From contig MU008164.1 of the NCBI GenBank assembly GCA_010909165.1, positions 186,001 to 250,000 on the forward strand: DNA of 64,000 nt, written 5' to 3'. This DNA comes from Anthoceros angustus. Taxonomy: Eukaryota; Plantae; Anthocerotophyta. Made by a program: the position numbers and the translations under genes. Within the stretch, counting starts at the first letter, position 1, and each line of letters opens with the position of its first letter. Shown piece by piece: positions 11,481-24,800 of the stretch. A model generated the notes under the pieces. That model had not been told where the DNA came from. It made no database searches and saw only the letters and a program-made list of their open reading frames with translations.

Positions 11481-14400
11481 CTAGGAAGAAGGCATAGGGA
11501 AAGCCTCCTGTACACCCATAGCTTCCATGTGCTGATAGTGCTTACGTGCAGGCAGGTACTTGGTTAGCAAGTCCGCTGTGTTAAGATCTGTGGATACATG
11601 CTGAATTTTTACATGCTTCTGCTCTACAGAATGTCTAATGTAATGGTGGTGCACCTCTATGTGCTTAGTGCGAGCGTGGAAGCGTGGGTTGGCAGTCATA
11701 GCGATTGTGGACATGTTGTCACAGTGTATTGGAGTGGGATGTGACTGTGGGAACCCAAGACCGTGCATGAAACTGCGCTCCCATAAGGCTTCCTTGGCAG
11801 CCTCCGTCAGTGCCTTGTACTCTGCCTCGGTAGAGGACAGGGCTACAGAAGCTTGCTTCTTTGAGCTCCAGTGGATGGCAGCATTAGACAACATAAAACA
11901 GTAAGATGAGATGCTTCTCCGTGCATCAGGATCAGTAGCCCAATCGGCATCTGCGTAACCACACAAGGTCAGTGCATCTTCTCGCCCCCGGAAGCATAAG
12001 CCGTGGTTTATGGTGCCTTGTAAATAACGCAAAATGCGTTTAACGGCGCCCCAGTGAACCGGTCTAGGATTGTCGAGAAACTGAGAAACGGAGCTGACAG
12101 CATACTGAATATCTGGACGAGTCCAACAGCTAATATAATTGAGACAGCCTACAGCATGGCGATAGGGAATATGAGCCATAGCTTGACGCTCTTCATCAGT
12201 CTGAGGGCACTGATCAGCTGAAAGCTTAGTGCCAGCTACTCCAGGTGTGGAGACAGGTTTTGCAGAAGACAGATGAAAACGTCGTAAGGTCTCAGCGATA
12301 TACTTAGCCTGGTGAAGAACAATAGTATGCTCGTCAACATTGCGGATCAACTGAACACCAAGCACAAAGGTAAGGGGTCCTATATCCTTCATATCAAACT
12401 TTTGATGAAGCATGCCTTTAACCCATGCTAATGATCGTAATCGTTTGACGCGAGGATGGCATCATCGACATAGAGAGCAAGAACAACGATATGACCGCCC
12501 TTGGAATATATGTAGACATTGGCATCTCCAGGGTTCTGTATAAAACCAATGGACTTCAGGTACTCGTCGATCGTCTTATACCATTCCCTGGCAGACTGCT
12601 TCAACCCGTATATGGTCTTCTTAAGACGACAGACCCAGTCGGGGTGCGTTGAATCAACGAAGCCCTCAGGCTGTTGCATGTAAATGTCTTCCTCAAGTTC
12701 TCCGACAAGAAGGCGTGCACACATCCATTTGCTGTAAGTCCCAAGCATTGGCTGCAAGAAGAGCTAGCACCATCCCGATAGATGTGTTTGACTACGTGGA
12801 TGAAGGTTTCGTGAAGTCCACCTGTGGACTCGAGAACCCCGAGCAACAAGACGAGACTTATAGCGTGCTATGTCCCCTTGTGCATTAAGTTTGTGCTTGA
12901 ACACCCACTTGCGCTAATTAGCTTTACGTCCTGGCGCGAGGACGAGTTCCCAAGTGTCATTCTTCGTGAGAGATTGATACTCATCGTGAATGGAAGGAAG
13001 CTGGCGCTTTATCATGATAGCTTCTCGATAAGTTTTGGTTGAGCTAACCAAAGAGGGATAGAAGATGAGGACCGATGAGGAGAGACACTCCCGCTTGAGG
13101 ACGCCTCAAGTCAATGGAGGAATATGGAGGCTCACCCATCGAGCACGAGGAGGACGCACGAGGGTGATATCTCCTCTCAACCGATGGATGTGGATCAGCG
13201 AGCTCCTCATCATGCGCGCCATCACAACCATAGTTGCGGGGAAAAGTGTATCCGAACGGAAGTATCGTTCGATATATCACGAAATTCGACTCATCAACAT
13301 CTGAACATGGCCCATTGCTTCAACTGTACCATCATCAAGGGCCGGGAGCAGCTTGAGTGTCATCACAACTGCAGAATAGTACAACACCCTCTGCAGTCCC
13401 CAAGGCAGCATCACCAGATGTAGGAGCTGGTGCTTTAGTTGCACCTAAATCAGGTATGGCGTGAGTAAACACAACTCCTGTCACTTCATCTTGAGGAAAT
13501 TCATGGAATCGCTGGGAGGGTCCATAAAGTACAGCCTCGGGTTGCTACAGAGTCGAAAAAGGCTTTGGCCGGACAGAAGCTCCTTGAAAATGACGCTCCT
13601 TGCGAAGATAGCCGTATTGGTAAGAGGGTCATGGAGCTTGTATGCCTTTGCCTCTTCTCCGTAGCCAACAAATAGTAATGGCCTGGCTCGATCTTCCAAC
13701 TTCCTTCGTTTTTCTGCAGGGACATATGCATATGCAGGAGACCCAAACACACGAAGATGAAGCAAGCTTGGTTTCCTGCACCATATGACCTCGAAAGGAG
13801 TCTTTCCCTCAACCGCACTTGTCAAGATCCGATTAAGGATGTAGGTAGCCGTAACCACAGCTTCTGCCCAATATGCTTTGCTAAGTCCTGACCATTCTAA
13901 CATACTTCTTGTCATGCCAAGCAGAGTCTGGTTGCGACGTTCGGCGACACCGTTCTGCTGCTGAGTATATGGCACAATCAACTGCCGTAAAATACCATTG
14001 TCCAGCAGAAATTGATTGAAGTGGCCATGAGTGAATTCTGTGCCGTTGTCAGTACGAAGGCACTTAAGAAGGCATCCAGTTTGTCTCTGAATCATAGGTA
14101 ACCACTCTTTGAAGATGCCAAAAGTGTCAGACTTCAAACGCATCGGGTACGTCCAAGAATATCTACTATAGTCATCAGTGATGGTGAGATAGTATAAGGC
14201 ACCACCCAAAGATGGGATATGTATCTTGCCAGAAATGTCAGAGTGTACTAATTCTAGGACCTGGGAGGCGCGGTGAGCAGGAGCTTTTGGAAAAGGAATC
14301 TCCTTTTGTTTGGCTACAACGCAAGCATCACACAGTGGAAGGTCCTTGAAACATTTTGGCAGTGGCTCTCTATAGCAGGATAAGTTGGACATCTTAATCA

Positions 14401-17133
14401 GTTTGTCACGATTAGCATGACCTAATCTGGCATGCCAAAGACTGGCTTGAGCAGCTTGTGACAGCTGGGCCACATGAGCAGATTCCTCAGGTATGCATAG
14501 TAAGTCTAATTGATATAGATCATGCACAAGATGTCCTTTTGCTACGACCTGACCTTTCTCCCCTCTCTTCTTAAGCTCACAGCTGGAAGAAGTGAATAAC
14601 AGGTCGTACTGTCGTAGGGACATCAACTGGCTAACGGAAAGCAGGTGCTTTGCCATGTGTGGGACGTACAAGACATTATCTAGGTGAAGGACGGAGCCAT
14701 CATGAAGACAAAAGCGACATGAGCCAGAACCTTCAATTTTAAGGCCATGCGGGTAAGCTCATCTCCCAACAACACCTTATCCCGAAGGATGGGAGGATTT
14801 AAAATGATCGAGGAGTGTCCTATCATTGCAGATATGGGAGGTGGCTCGAGTCAAGGTACCGATGATGTGTGGACGAAGAGGCGGAAGAAGCAAAACAAAC
14901 CGTCATCACAGGTTGCTTAGTTATATTCGACGAAGATGGTCGATCCTTGGCCACCACATGAGCTTGACGATTGGACTTCTCTTGAGGTTCGCGATTTCTT
15001 TTTACGCATTCTCTTTCCAGTGACCACAGGCACCACACCAATTACACGCACTGATTCGTTTGAGGTGAGTGGACTTGGAGGATCCGGCCTTAGGCGAGTT
15101 TATACTTCGGGTTTGCCTCTCGTGTAAGGACTTTATCTTGCTTGGTTCGTCCACTTTGTGAAATGAGTTACGCTTTGCTCCTCCCGTAGAAGGGCCCCTA
15201 CTACATCGGTGAAACTAATGCGGGAGCTTGGCCCGCAGCCATAGCACAGTCTAGCTGCGTATGGTGGCTCCAGAGTCAAGGTACCGATGATGTGTGGACG
15301 AAGAGGCAAGAAGCAAAACAAACCGTCATCACAACAGTTGCTTAGTTACATTCGACGAAGATGGTCGATCCTTGGCCACCACATGAGCTTCACTGACGAT
15401 TGGACTTCTCACTCCGAGGTTCGCCAGATTTCTTTTTACGCATTCTCTTCCCAAAGGACTGGGCACCACACCAATTACACGCACTTTGCGAGGTGAGTGG
15501 ACTTGAGGATCCGCCTTAGGGGTTTATACCGTTTGCCTCTCGTGTAAAGGACTTTATCTTGCTTGTCTGCCCAATGGATAAATGAGTTACGCTTTGCTCC
15601 TCCCGTAGAAGGGCCCCTACTAAACTAATGCGGGAGCTTGGCCCGCAGCCATAGCTCGGGTTCGCCTGCGAGTGGTAGCTCCATACCCGAGACAAAGGTC
15701 GATAACGTCGGCAAGCTAGTGAGCAATTGAGCAAGCATCCATTTCGGGAACGAAGAACCAAGGTTGATAAGTTGAGCCCTAAGTTGTCGAAGCGCTTGAG
15801 CGACTTGGCCACATGTGAATTCCTCGTATGCATAGTAAGTCTAATTGATATAGATCATGCACAAGATGTCCTTTTGACTGACCTTTCTCCCTCTCTTCTT
15901 AAGCTCACGGTGGAAGAAGTGAATAACATATATCTATCGTAGGGACATCAAGCGGCTAAAGGCGGTGCTTTGCCATGTGGGACGTACAAGACATTATCTA
16001 GGTGAAGGCGGAGCCATCATGAAGACGAAAGCGACATGAGCGAGAACCTTCAATTTTAAGGCCTCAGACGGTAAGCTCATCTCCCAACAACACCTTATCC
16101 CGAAGGATGGGAGGATTTAAAATGAGGAGTGTCCTATCATTGCGAGATATGGGAGGTGGCTCGAGTCAAGGTACCGATGATGTGTGGGCGAAGAGGCGGA
16201 AGAAGCAAAACAAAGCAATCATCTGTGAGTTGCTTAGTTACATTCGACGAAGATGGTCGATCCTTGGCCACCACATGAGCTTCAGCCTGACGATTGGACT
16301 TCTCAGCTCTTCGAGGTTCGCCAGATTTCTTTTTTCTGCATTCTCTTTCCCAGTGACCCTGGGCACCACACCAATTACACGCACCAGTTCGTTTGAGGTG
16401 AGTGGACTTGGAGGATCCGGCCCCTTGGGCAGGTTTATACTTCTCGGGTTTGCCTCTCGTGTAAAGGACTTTATCTTGCTTGGTTCGTCCACTGTGACTG
16501 AAATGAGTTCTGCTTTGTTCCTCCTGTAGAAGGGCCCCTACTACATCAGTGAAACTAATGCGGGGAGCTTGGCCCGTAGCCATAGCCTGGTCTGCTGCGC
16601 GTATGGTAGCTCCATACCCAGAGACAAAGGTCTGATAACTGTGCGGCAAGCTAGTGAGCAATTGAGCGCATCCATTTCGGAAGGCGAAGAACCAAGGTTG
16701 ATAAGTTGAGCCCTAAGTTGTCGGCGCGAGCGAAAGGTGAAACCTTCTCCCTTCCTTGATCACGAGGCAAAGAGCTCACCCCAGCGGCACATTGTGAGGA
16801 TGTTCCCGGCCTCGTAAGTGCAGGTGGTCCAAATCTCCTCGGCTTTTAGAAGGAAGGCGACGTCCACAAAAGTGCTTCATCAAGGCCGCTTATTAACAGC
16901 CGGCGACATTATTCGGTTGTTCCGCTCGGCAGCCGTCTGGCGATGGCGGCGGGTTCCTTGATTTGTCCACTGACCACCCCCCAAACGTTTCGGGCTTGAA
17001 GGGCAGATGTCATTCGAACACGCCATACTTCAAATTTGGTGCCATTAAAGCGATCCTTCTCTTTGAATTCCACAGCATAAGATGGTTGACGAATGGCGGC
17101 GGCGGAGAGGAGGATCTGCGCCTCCACCTCCAC
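11481..17133 (-). pseudogene. Copia-1 gag-pol (frameshifted)
   Basis: gag N-terminus (FNGTKFEVWRVRM) 16909-17133; zinc knuckle CNWCGAQGHWEREC 16137-16661; integrase (LWHARLGH, LVHSD, RTDNGTEF, QQNGVAER) 13481-14671; RT (YGLKQS, LYVDD) 12428-12757; RNase H (YADADWA, SSTEAEY, RTKHIEV) 11481-12413. Confidence 0.9.
14490..16720. repeat. Scrambled, indel-rich duplicated copies of the gag-protease-preintegrase segment
   Basis: The block TCAAGGTACCGATGATGTGTGG... occurs at ~14850, ~15276 and ~16166. ATGCATAGTAAGTCTAATTGATATAG occurs at ~14494 and ~15828. Confidence 0.85.
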
Positions 17134-18187
17134 CCTGGCGTTTGCTCGACGCCGGATGCACCTCTGTTACTGCTTTGGCACTATTCCTCCCTCGATGATG
17201 CTCCGACGCATGTCGATGCGCCTGTAGACATGCCGACTGTGAAGGCGAGTAGCAAGGGATCGTTGTAGATCCTATTGCTTCTCGACACTCCAGTCGAGAA
17301 TGGGAGGCGTGAGGCTGCATCACCGGCGAGAGGCACCAACCGTGAGGCACCAACAAGCGGTTGATTCGTGCTCCGTAGAATGGGCACATTGAACATGGTG
17401 GGCGCTTGCGCTCCTGAGGCGCTTGGAATCTGGATTTTTCACGAGCAGGAAACAGGATTGGCGACGGCGCTGCAGAAGAGGATTGCACTCCAGATTTGGG
17501 CGAAAATTGCAAACAGTCGCTGGTCAAGAATTCCGTAAGATGGAGCAGGTCACGTTGGACAGAATCCAGTTGTCTGGCAAGCCTCCGAGACACCGATGCA
17601 ATAGAATCGAGAATCTCTGTGTGTCTTACATCAGACAAGATGGCTTGCCGATTGAACCTGTCACACAAAATACGGTGAGCACTTGCAATTTCCGAAATTT
17701 GATTCTCACTGGGTATTCGAATCTCCTGCAGATGTGCTCTCGGACGCCTCTCAAGACGTGCACGAGGTGAAGTGCTCCTTGGAGGTAAGGTGAAAATTGG
17801 AATCTCCAGTGGTCTGGATTGGTGACCCCTGAAATCTGCTTGACACCTTGTTCCCACCGGGTTGGTACAGGGAGCTGGAGAAATCCACTCGACGTGAGAT
17901 CGTCCCCGTCGAGGCATTTTCTCCTCAGAATCACATGACCTGCTGCAAATTCGCAGCCAGATCCATGTAGCAGCGGAAATGTAGAGGTCTGTCTACTATT
18001 TGTGTTTTACTATCTCTAATGTGGCTACGCAGGTGGTGGGGATAGGCTGGGCACATGATACAGGAGCCATCATGAAGATGGTTGCTGGATTTTGTGCCCA
18101 GTTATATTTCTCACCACATGCGTTTAGGATAATCACATGAAATGTAAAGTAGACAGATCGGGATCAAGAATCAGAACAGACCTGTAC

Positions 18188-18199
18188 GCTTTGATACCA
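18188..18199 (-). promoter_or_regulatory. Primer binding site (initiator tRNA-Met type)
   Basis: TGGTATCAAAGC immediately after the 5' LTR on the minus strand. Confidence 0.85.
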
Positions 18200-18386
18200 T
18201 GTAAACGATCAAAGTAGACAAGATGCTACAACGTACTCTAATAAAATAGATTGGTTAAGAATTCATTACAACGTGTGTCTTATATACAATATCTCTTTGA
18301 GCATGTCATATGTCGTATGTAACCTAACGCCACGTGAGATCGATGAGTTTATATGATCCAAACCCTAACGGGGTTTAATCCAAATA
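18200..18386 (-). repeat. Copia-1 5' LTR (starts TA, ends CA on the minus strand)
   Basis: Direct repeat of 10868-11050, bounded by the PBS and the TSD. Confidence 0.9.
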
Positions 18387-19576
18387 CCTCGGCTACCCCA
18401 GCCGTCTCCCTCTACCGGTTTCGATCACGTCGGTAGTGATCCCGGTCGACCTTCGCCAGGGCTTCCGCCTCCCGCGCTGCCTTCACCTGAGCCTCGCTGG
18501 TCTGATGTTGGTCCAGCCGGGCCGCCTCGGCCAGGTCGCGAGCCCTCTCCGCCTCCTGCTGCGCCTCCCCTCTTCGTCTGCAGAGGTCTTCAGCCCGTGC
18601 TTGGGCCTCCTGCATGCCTCGGTGCTACGGTGGAGGGGTCGATCTTCGAACCTTCGGACCTCTCGCTCCGCCTCCAGACGTTTCCCTTCCTCGATTCGGG
18701 CGAGGGACTCTGCCTTCTTCTTTGCCTCCTTGGCCGCCTCTACCTGCCCTTGAAGCTCCACCATCCTCCGCCGGGTGACCTCCACTTCTTGGGTCTTCTC
18801 CATTTGTTCGCGAGACCCCAAAGCATACCGTCCATGGCAGTGGCGAAAATTCGCCGCGTTTCTTCCACGGCCCGAGGAGATGCCGAAGTCTGTGGGCGGG
18901 CATCTCACAGTCCGTCAAGGACCGCCATCTGATCCGGGAGGCGAGTCGGGTGGGCTCTCCGGACCTAATCAGGACTCTTAGGTCCTGAGTGGTATGGTCC
19001 GGCGCCTCCCCTTCCTTAGCCCTCTTGGCTGCTAACTCCTTCTCGGCTCTTTTCCTCCTGGGGCTCGGAGGTGGTGAAGGGGTCCGGGAGCTGGCCCTTT
19101 TGCCCCTCCCGGTCGGAGACAAGACAGGCTCCGGGTGAGGCTGCTGCCAGTGGCCTCCCGCTCCTTGGGCCGCGTCCCTCTCCGCCTTGCAGCCTCCTCC
19201 TTCTTGCCACTCGTTGGCGAGGCGAGAACGGGCGCGTCACGTGCTGCGTTGTGGCGGGCCGTCTTCCGCCTCTTGATTCCCAGCCGAGTCCGTCGGGGCT
19301 CGGCCCGTATCGTTGTCGCGGGCTGTTGGGCTGAGCTGGCCGCCAACTCCGTCTGGCCGCCTCTTCCTGTGTGGTGCTCGGTGGGGCACCAGGAGGAGAG
19401 AAGCGGGGATGTCCTCCCACACTTCCCTGGTGGCGGGGGTCCGCTCAGCGTATGGAGTCCAGGAATCCTCGATCGTCCTCCTCCCGGACCCTCTTACTCC
19501 GGACTAGGCGGGCCTCTGCCTCCTGCGCTCTTCCCTCTGCCTCCGGTAGAGCGGCCAGCCCTTTCCGGAGTGCTCG

Positions 19577-21710
19577 TTCCTCTTCACCCTCTTTCAGGAG
19601 GTTCGCGTGCCCCCACACATGAATCAAAAATGGCGATAACGCCGACGGAGGGGGCCTCTCGCACCTCAGCTTGCGAGCTTCCTGATTAACCCTGGCGAAG
19701 ATGATCCTTCCCGATCGCCTCCTTCCCCTCTGCAGGCATGCAGAACACGGATGGTGTCACCAAGGTGATCTACCTTGGTGAGCATGTTCCGATGGACAAT
19801 GATCACAGCCCTTTGCTCACACCCTCTGTCCGGCCGTCCAGGCATCACCCGGCCGTTGGTTGTTCGTTGCGTTCAGCTTCAGCATTGCCGCCTTTGCCGC
19901 CTCTATCTTTCCTCTTGCCTTGAGGGGCTCGGAACTCGCCCCAATTTCTTCCTGGCGGTTGTAAACCGCCTCGGACCTCGGTCCACCTCCTAGGGTCCTC
20001 GAGGTTCTTGGACGGACCTCCTTGTTGGCCGCCAACATCTTCCGTACTCCGGACTGGCGGCAGCCGAAGGTCGGACGGCACGGAAAATGTCCAGTGCCAT
20101 TCCTTCACCGGCTCCGCCTCCTCCACGGACGGTCCGGTAGCGCTTGGTAGCGATGTTGCGCTCCACCAAGCGCCATGGCTCCACACCTCCGCACGCTTTC
20201 TTGGGTCCCATCTTCACTCCTTACATCTTCTTTGAGGCTCCACAATCTCCGCTCCTTGGGCAGCGGTGTCGGTTGCTTCCCTCGCCTCCGGTGGGCGGCC
20301 CACGTGCTGGTTCCTCTTCACCCTCTTTCGAGGAGGTTCGCGTGCCCCCACATGAATCAAAATGGCGATAACGCCGACGGAGGGGCCTCTCACACGAGCT
20401 TCACGATTAACCGATGATCCTTCCCGATCGCCTCCTTCCCCTCTGCAGGCATGCGGGAACACCGATGGTGTCACCAAGGTGATCTACCTTGGTGAGCATG
20501 TTCCGATGGACAATGATCACAGCCCTTTGCTCACACCCTCTGTCCGGCCGTCCAGGCATCACCCGGCCGTTGGTTGTTCGTTGCGTTCAGCTTCAGCATT
20601 GCCGCCTTTGCCGCCTCTATCTTTCCTCTTGCCTTGAGGGGCTCGGAACTCGCCCCAATTTCTTCCTGGCGGTTGTACCGCCTCGGGACCTCGGTCCACC
20701 TCCTAGGGTCCTCGAGGTTCTTGGACGGACCTCCTTGTTGGCCGCCAACATCTTCCGTACTCCGGACTGGCGGCAGCCGAAGGTCGGACGGCACGGAAAA
20801 TGTCCAGTGCCATTCCTTCACCGGCTCCCGCCTCCTCGTGCGGACCGGTCCGGTAGCGCTTGGTAGCGATGTTGCGCTCCACCAAGCGCCATGGCTCCAC
20901 ACCTCCGCACGCTTTCTTGGGTCCCATCTTCACTCCTTACATCTTCTTTGAGGCTCCACAATCTCCGCTCCTTGGGCAGCGGTGTCGGTTGCTTCCCTCG
21001 CCTCCGGTGGGCGGCCCACGTGCTGGTTCCTCTTCACCCTCTTTCGAGGAGGTTCGCGTGCCCCCACATGAATCAAAATGGCGATAACGCCGACGGAGGG
21101 GCCTCTCACACGAGCTTCACGATTAACCGATGATCCTTCCCGATCGCCTCCTTCCCCTCTGCAGGCATGCGGGAACACCGATGGTGTCACCAAGGTGATC
21201 TACCTTGGTGAGCATGTTCCGATGGACAATGATCACAGCCCGCTCACCCTCCTCCGGCCGTCCAGGCATCGACCCGGCCGTTGGTTGTTCGTTGCGTTCA
21301 CAGCCGGCATTGCCGCCTTTGCCGCCTCTATCTTTCCTCTTGCCTTGAGGCTCGGAACTCGCCCCAATTTCTTCCTGGCGGTTGTAAACCGCCTCGGGAC
21401 CTCCACAGTCCACCTCCTAGGGTCCTCCGAGGTTCTTGGACGGACCTCCTTGTTGGCGCTGCCAACATCTTCGGCGTACTCCGGACTAGCGGCCAGCCGA
21501 AGGTCGAGGCACGGAAAATGTCCAGTGCCATTCCTTCACCGGCTCCCGCCTCCTCCACGGACGGTCCGGGTGGCGCTTGGTAGCGATGTTGCGCTCCACC
21601 AAGCGCCATGGCTCCACACCTCCCCGCTTTCTTGGGTCCCATCTTCACTCCTTACATCCCGCTCTGGTGGCTCCACAATCTCCGCTCCTTGCGGTGTCGG
21701 TTGCTTCCTC
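19577..21710. repeat. ~716-bp tandem triplication inside accessory ORF A
   Basis: Identical translated ORFs are offset by 716 nt (20144/20860, 20175/20891, 20214/20930). The third copy is more degraded. Confidence 0.9.
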
Positions 21711-21888
21711 GCCAAGTTGAACTGCGAGGATGCTGGGAGGCGATCAAAAGACAACGCCCGAGGCCGGGTGTCGGGCGAGAGAATCGCTTCGCCGCGAAGT
21801 TGTTTGGAAGAATGACCTCGCCTCGCTTCTCTCCGTCGGAGTAACAGCGGCGCGGAAGGGCGGCTTGCTTCCATGGCTCGAGTCGTGG

Positions 21889-24800
21889 CTTACTCGCCTT
21901 ACGCTTCCGCCTCCTCGGCCTTCTGTTGCCCGCGCGATGCAGCGGGCGTGAATACACCCCTGCCCGGCCTTGGTACGGTCGCTGCTGCCCGTCTACCACT
22001 CAAGACATCCACGTGGCGCCGCCCCTGAACTCACGCTCCAACTTCTAAGTTACTTACTTGGCGTACTTATCCCGTTTTGACCCGGAGTGGGGCCCGAACT
22101 TATTTGATACTCGGTGCGTGATGGGAGGTCCTCGAGTGGGCTCAGGTCAGTTACCTTCCGGAGTCAGGTCGAACCGGTCAGTCTGCGTCCGTGCTTATTC
22201 CTCCCTTCTCGCCTTATTTTACACTCCATACCTACGGAAAAAAACAAACCCAGCTTATTTCCCACCCCAAGGAGAGTCCTGTCCACATACTCCCTTCTCA
22301 TCATTGGCGTCTCGCCAACACTAGGCATGGTACTTCTTCACCCTCCACCCATTTACCCGGGTGGGCAACAGTTCACCATCTAGCTGCCGGAGTTGAACGG
22401 ACCCATTCGCGTAGACCTGCACTACCTGGTAAGGCCCCATCCATCGCAAGTGAAGCTTGCCCGGGAAGTGCATATGGCGGTATCGTGAAGGGCGGATCTC
22501 CCTCCTTCACATACTCCACCAGTCGCAGTCGTGCCATAGCTTCCGTTGATTTTGTACCGCTTGCATTACATGTTGCGCCTCCTCGGCCTTCCGTATCTTG
22601 GACAAACCCTAGCAATCGCTCCGATTGGCTTTCTTCATCCGTTAAGCGTCCCTCCATCATGACTCGGGCGTTGGTACCTCAAACTCCACAGCATAACCGT
22701 GAATGCCCATAGGTTAAATGTCTGAGTTCATTGCGTAGTTACCTTCTCCGTCCTAAAGGCCCATAGCGCGGATGGTAGCTTAGTATCGATCGTGCGCATA
22801 GTTAACCGTAAGCTTATTCGAGGATCACGAATAAGTCCGTTGGTCTTCTCCGTTAACCCATTGGCCTTGGGTTGTATGGGGCCGTCTTGCGATGAGTTAT
22901 ACCAAATAGTCCGTCATTGCGCTTATCACATCATTGAGGAAATGAGTTCCCTATCACTTACCAACTGCAACGGGCACCCGTACCGGTGATGATGTTCTCA
23001 TAGAGGAACTTTGCCACTGTGCTTGCAGAATCCGTCCTTGTTGCCGCTGCCTCCACCCACGCATGAGTCCATTGCCACGGGATGTACCTCTTACGTGTGT
23101 GCCGTCGTATAGGTCCGACGGGTCGATACCATTCTCAAAGCGGTGCTAGTGCGGTATGGGCACCGGCCATTGCGTCGTGGGGTCGGCTTCCGATCCGTGA
23201 CAAGCATCACATCTCTTCACAAATGGCGGTGCGTTTCTCCATACATGGTGGGCCACGGTATCCGGCCTCAAGATTTTCTTGGTGGTGACTCACGAGCATA
23301 ATGGCCACCGCCTGTGCCTTCATGCATCCCTTTTATGACTACCTCCGTTTACTTTGTTGAAGGTACCTCGCTCCACGTCCGTCCCACCTTAAAGATACAT
23401 CCGTTGTACATCCTGAAGGGCCGGGCGTAGTGTACAAAGGCTGTTCTTGAGCAGTTTAACCCACTTGGAATCTCCATCTCCCAGTCTGTTCCGACTCCGC
23501 ATGGTGGGCGTCCTCACGCTCCCTTCTCCACGCTTTCGGTTATCTGTCCACAAGTTTGGGGTTCCTCAGACTGCGCTCCTCCTCCTGTGTCTCCACTGCG
23601 GCCACCAATTCCTCGTCCGGAAAGTCATCCTCCTGATCCCGCAGGGTCGGCTCCGTCTTCAACCTGGACAAGAAGTCAGCATTTTGGTGTTGCCTCCCTT
23701 GCCTGGTCTCCACCTCAAAGGTGAACTCCTGGAGCAGCAGAATCCACCTCGCAATTCGCCCGGACAGGTCTGCCTTATTCACCAGATGCTTGAGCGCGAA
23801 GTGATCGACATAGAACACAAACTCGTTGGGCAGAAGGTAGTGCCTGAATTTCTTGACCCGCGTATACCATTCCCAGCGCCTCTCGCTCCGTAGTAGTGTA
23901 CCTCCGTTCGCATCGTGAAATTTGTCTTCCCATAGTAGATTGGATGATCCCTCCTTGTCGTCCTTTTGGTGAGCACTACTCCGATGGCGGCGACACATCT
24001 ACATACATGGAATCGCTTACTCGCCTTACGCTTCGCCTACTGCGGCCTGTTGCGCGCGTGCAGCGGGCGTGAATACCTGCCTATAACGGCCAGCAACTAC
24101 GGTCACGGCTGCTGCATGCCCGTCTTCACTCGGCCATCCGTGGCGCCGCCTGCCTAACTCACGCTCCAACTTCTAAGTTACCTTACTTGGCGTACTTATC
24201 CAGGAGTGGGGGTCCGAACTTATTTGATACTCGGTGCGTGGTCGGAGGTCCTCGAGTGGGCTCAAATTACCTACCCGAGTCAGTGCAGGAGCACTCAGTC
24301 GTCCGTGCTTATTCCTCCCTTCTCGCCTTATTTTACACTCCATACCTACGAAAAAAAACAAACCCAGCTTATTTCCTACCCCAAGGAGAGTCCGTTGTCC
24401 ACATACTCCCCTTCTCATCTGTTGGCGTCTCCGCCAACATTAGGCATGGTACTTCTTCACCCTCCACCCATTTACCCGGGTGGGCAACAGTTCACCATCT
24501 AACTGCCGGAGTTGAACGGACCCATTCGCGTAGACCTGCACTAACTGGTAAGGTCCCATCCATCGCAAGTGAAGCTTGCCCGGGAAGTGCATATGGCGAC
24601 TGTCGTAAAGAAGGGCCAGATCTCCCTCCTTCACATACTCCTGCTTGCGGAGTCGCCGGTCGTGCCATAGCTTCCGCTGATTTTGTACCAGTTGCATTCT
24701 GTGCTGCGCCTCTTCTCGGCCTTCCGTATGCTGGACAAACCCTAGCAGTCGCTCCAGTTGGCTTTCTTCATCCGTTAAACGTCCCTCCATCATGACTCGG

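Larger units (their letters stand above)
10868..18386 (-). mobile_element. Full-length Ty1/Copia LTR retrotransposon
   Basis: Two ~185-bp LTRs (10868-11050, 18200-18386), 5-bp TSD CCTCG (10863-10867 / 18387-18391), Met-type PBS, and gag-PR-INT-RT-RH order on the minus strand. Confidence 0.93.
9420..21990 (-). pseudogene. Gypsy accessory ORF A (frameshifted, split by the Copia at 10868-18386, partly triplicated): same conserved domain plus long E/R/A-rich coiled coil
   Basis: D.GRIIFARVNQEARK...PSALSPFLIHVWGH at ~19720-19610. Coiled-coil frames at 18412-18908 continue at ~10860 on the other side of the TSD. Confidence 0.55.
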
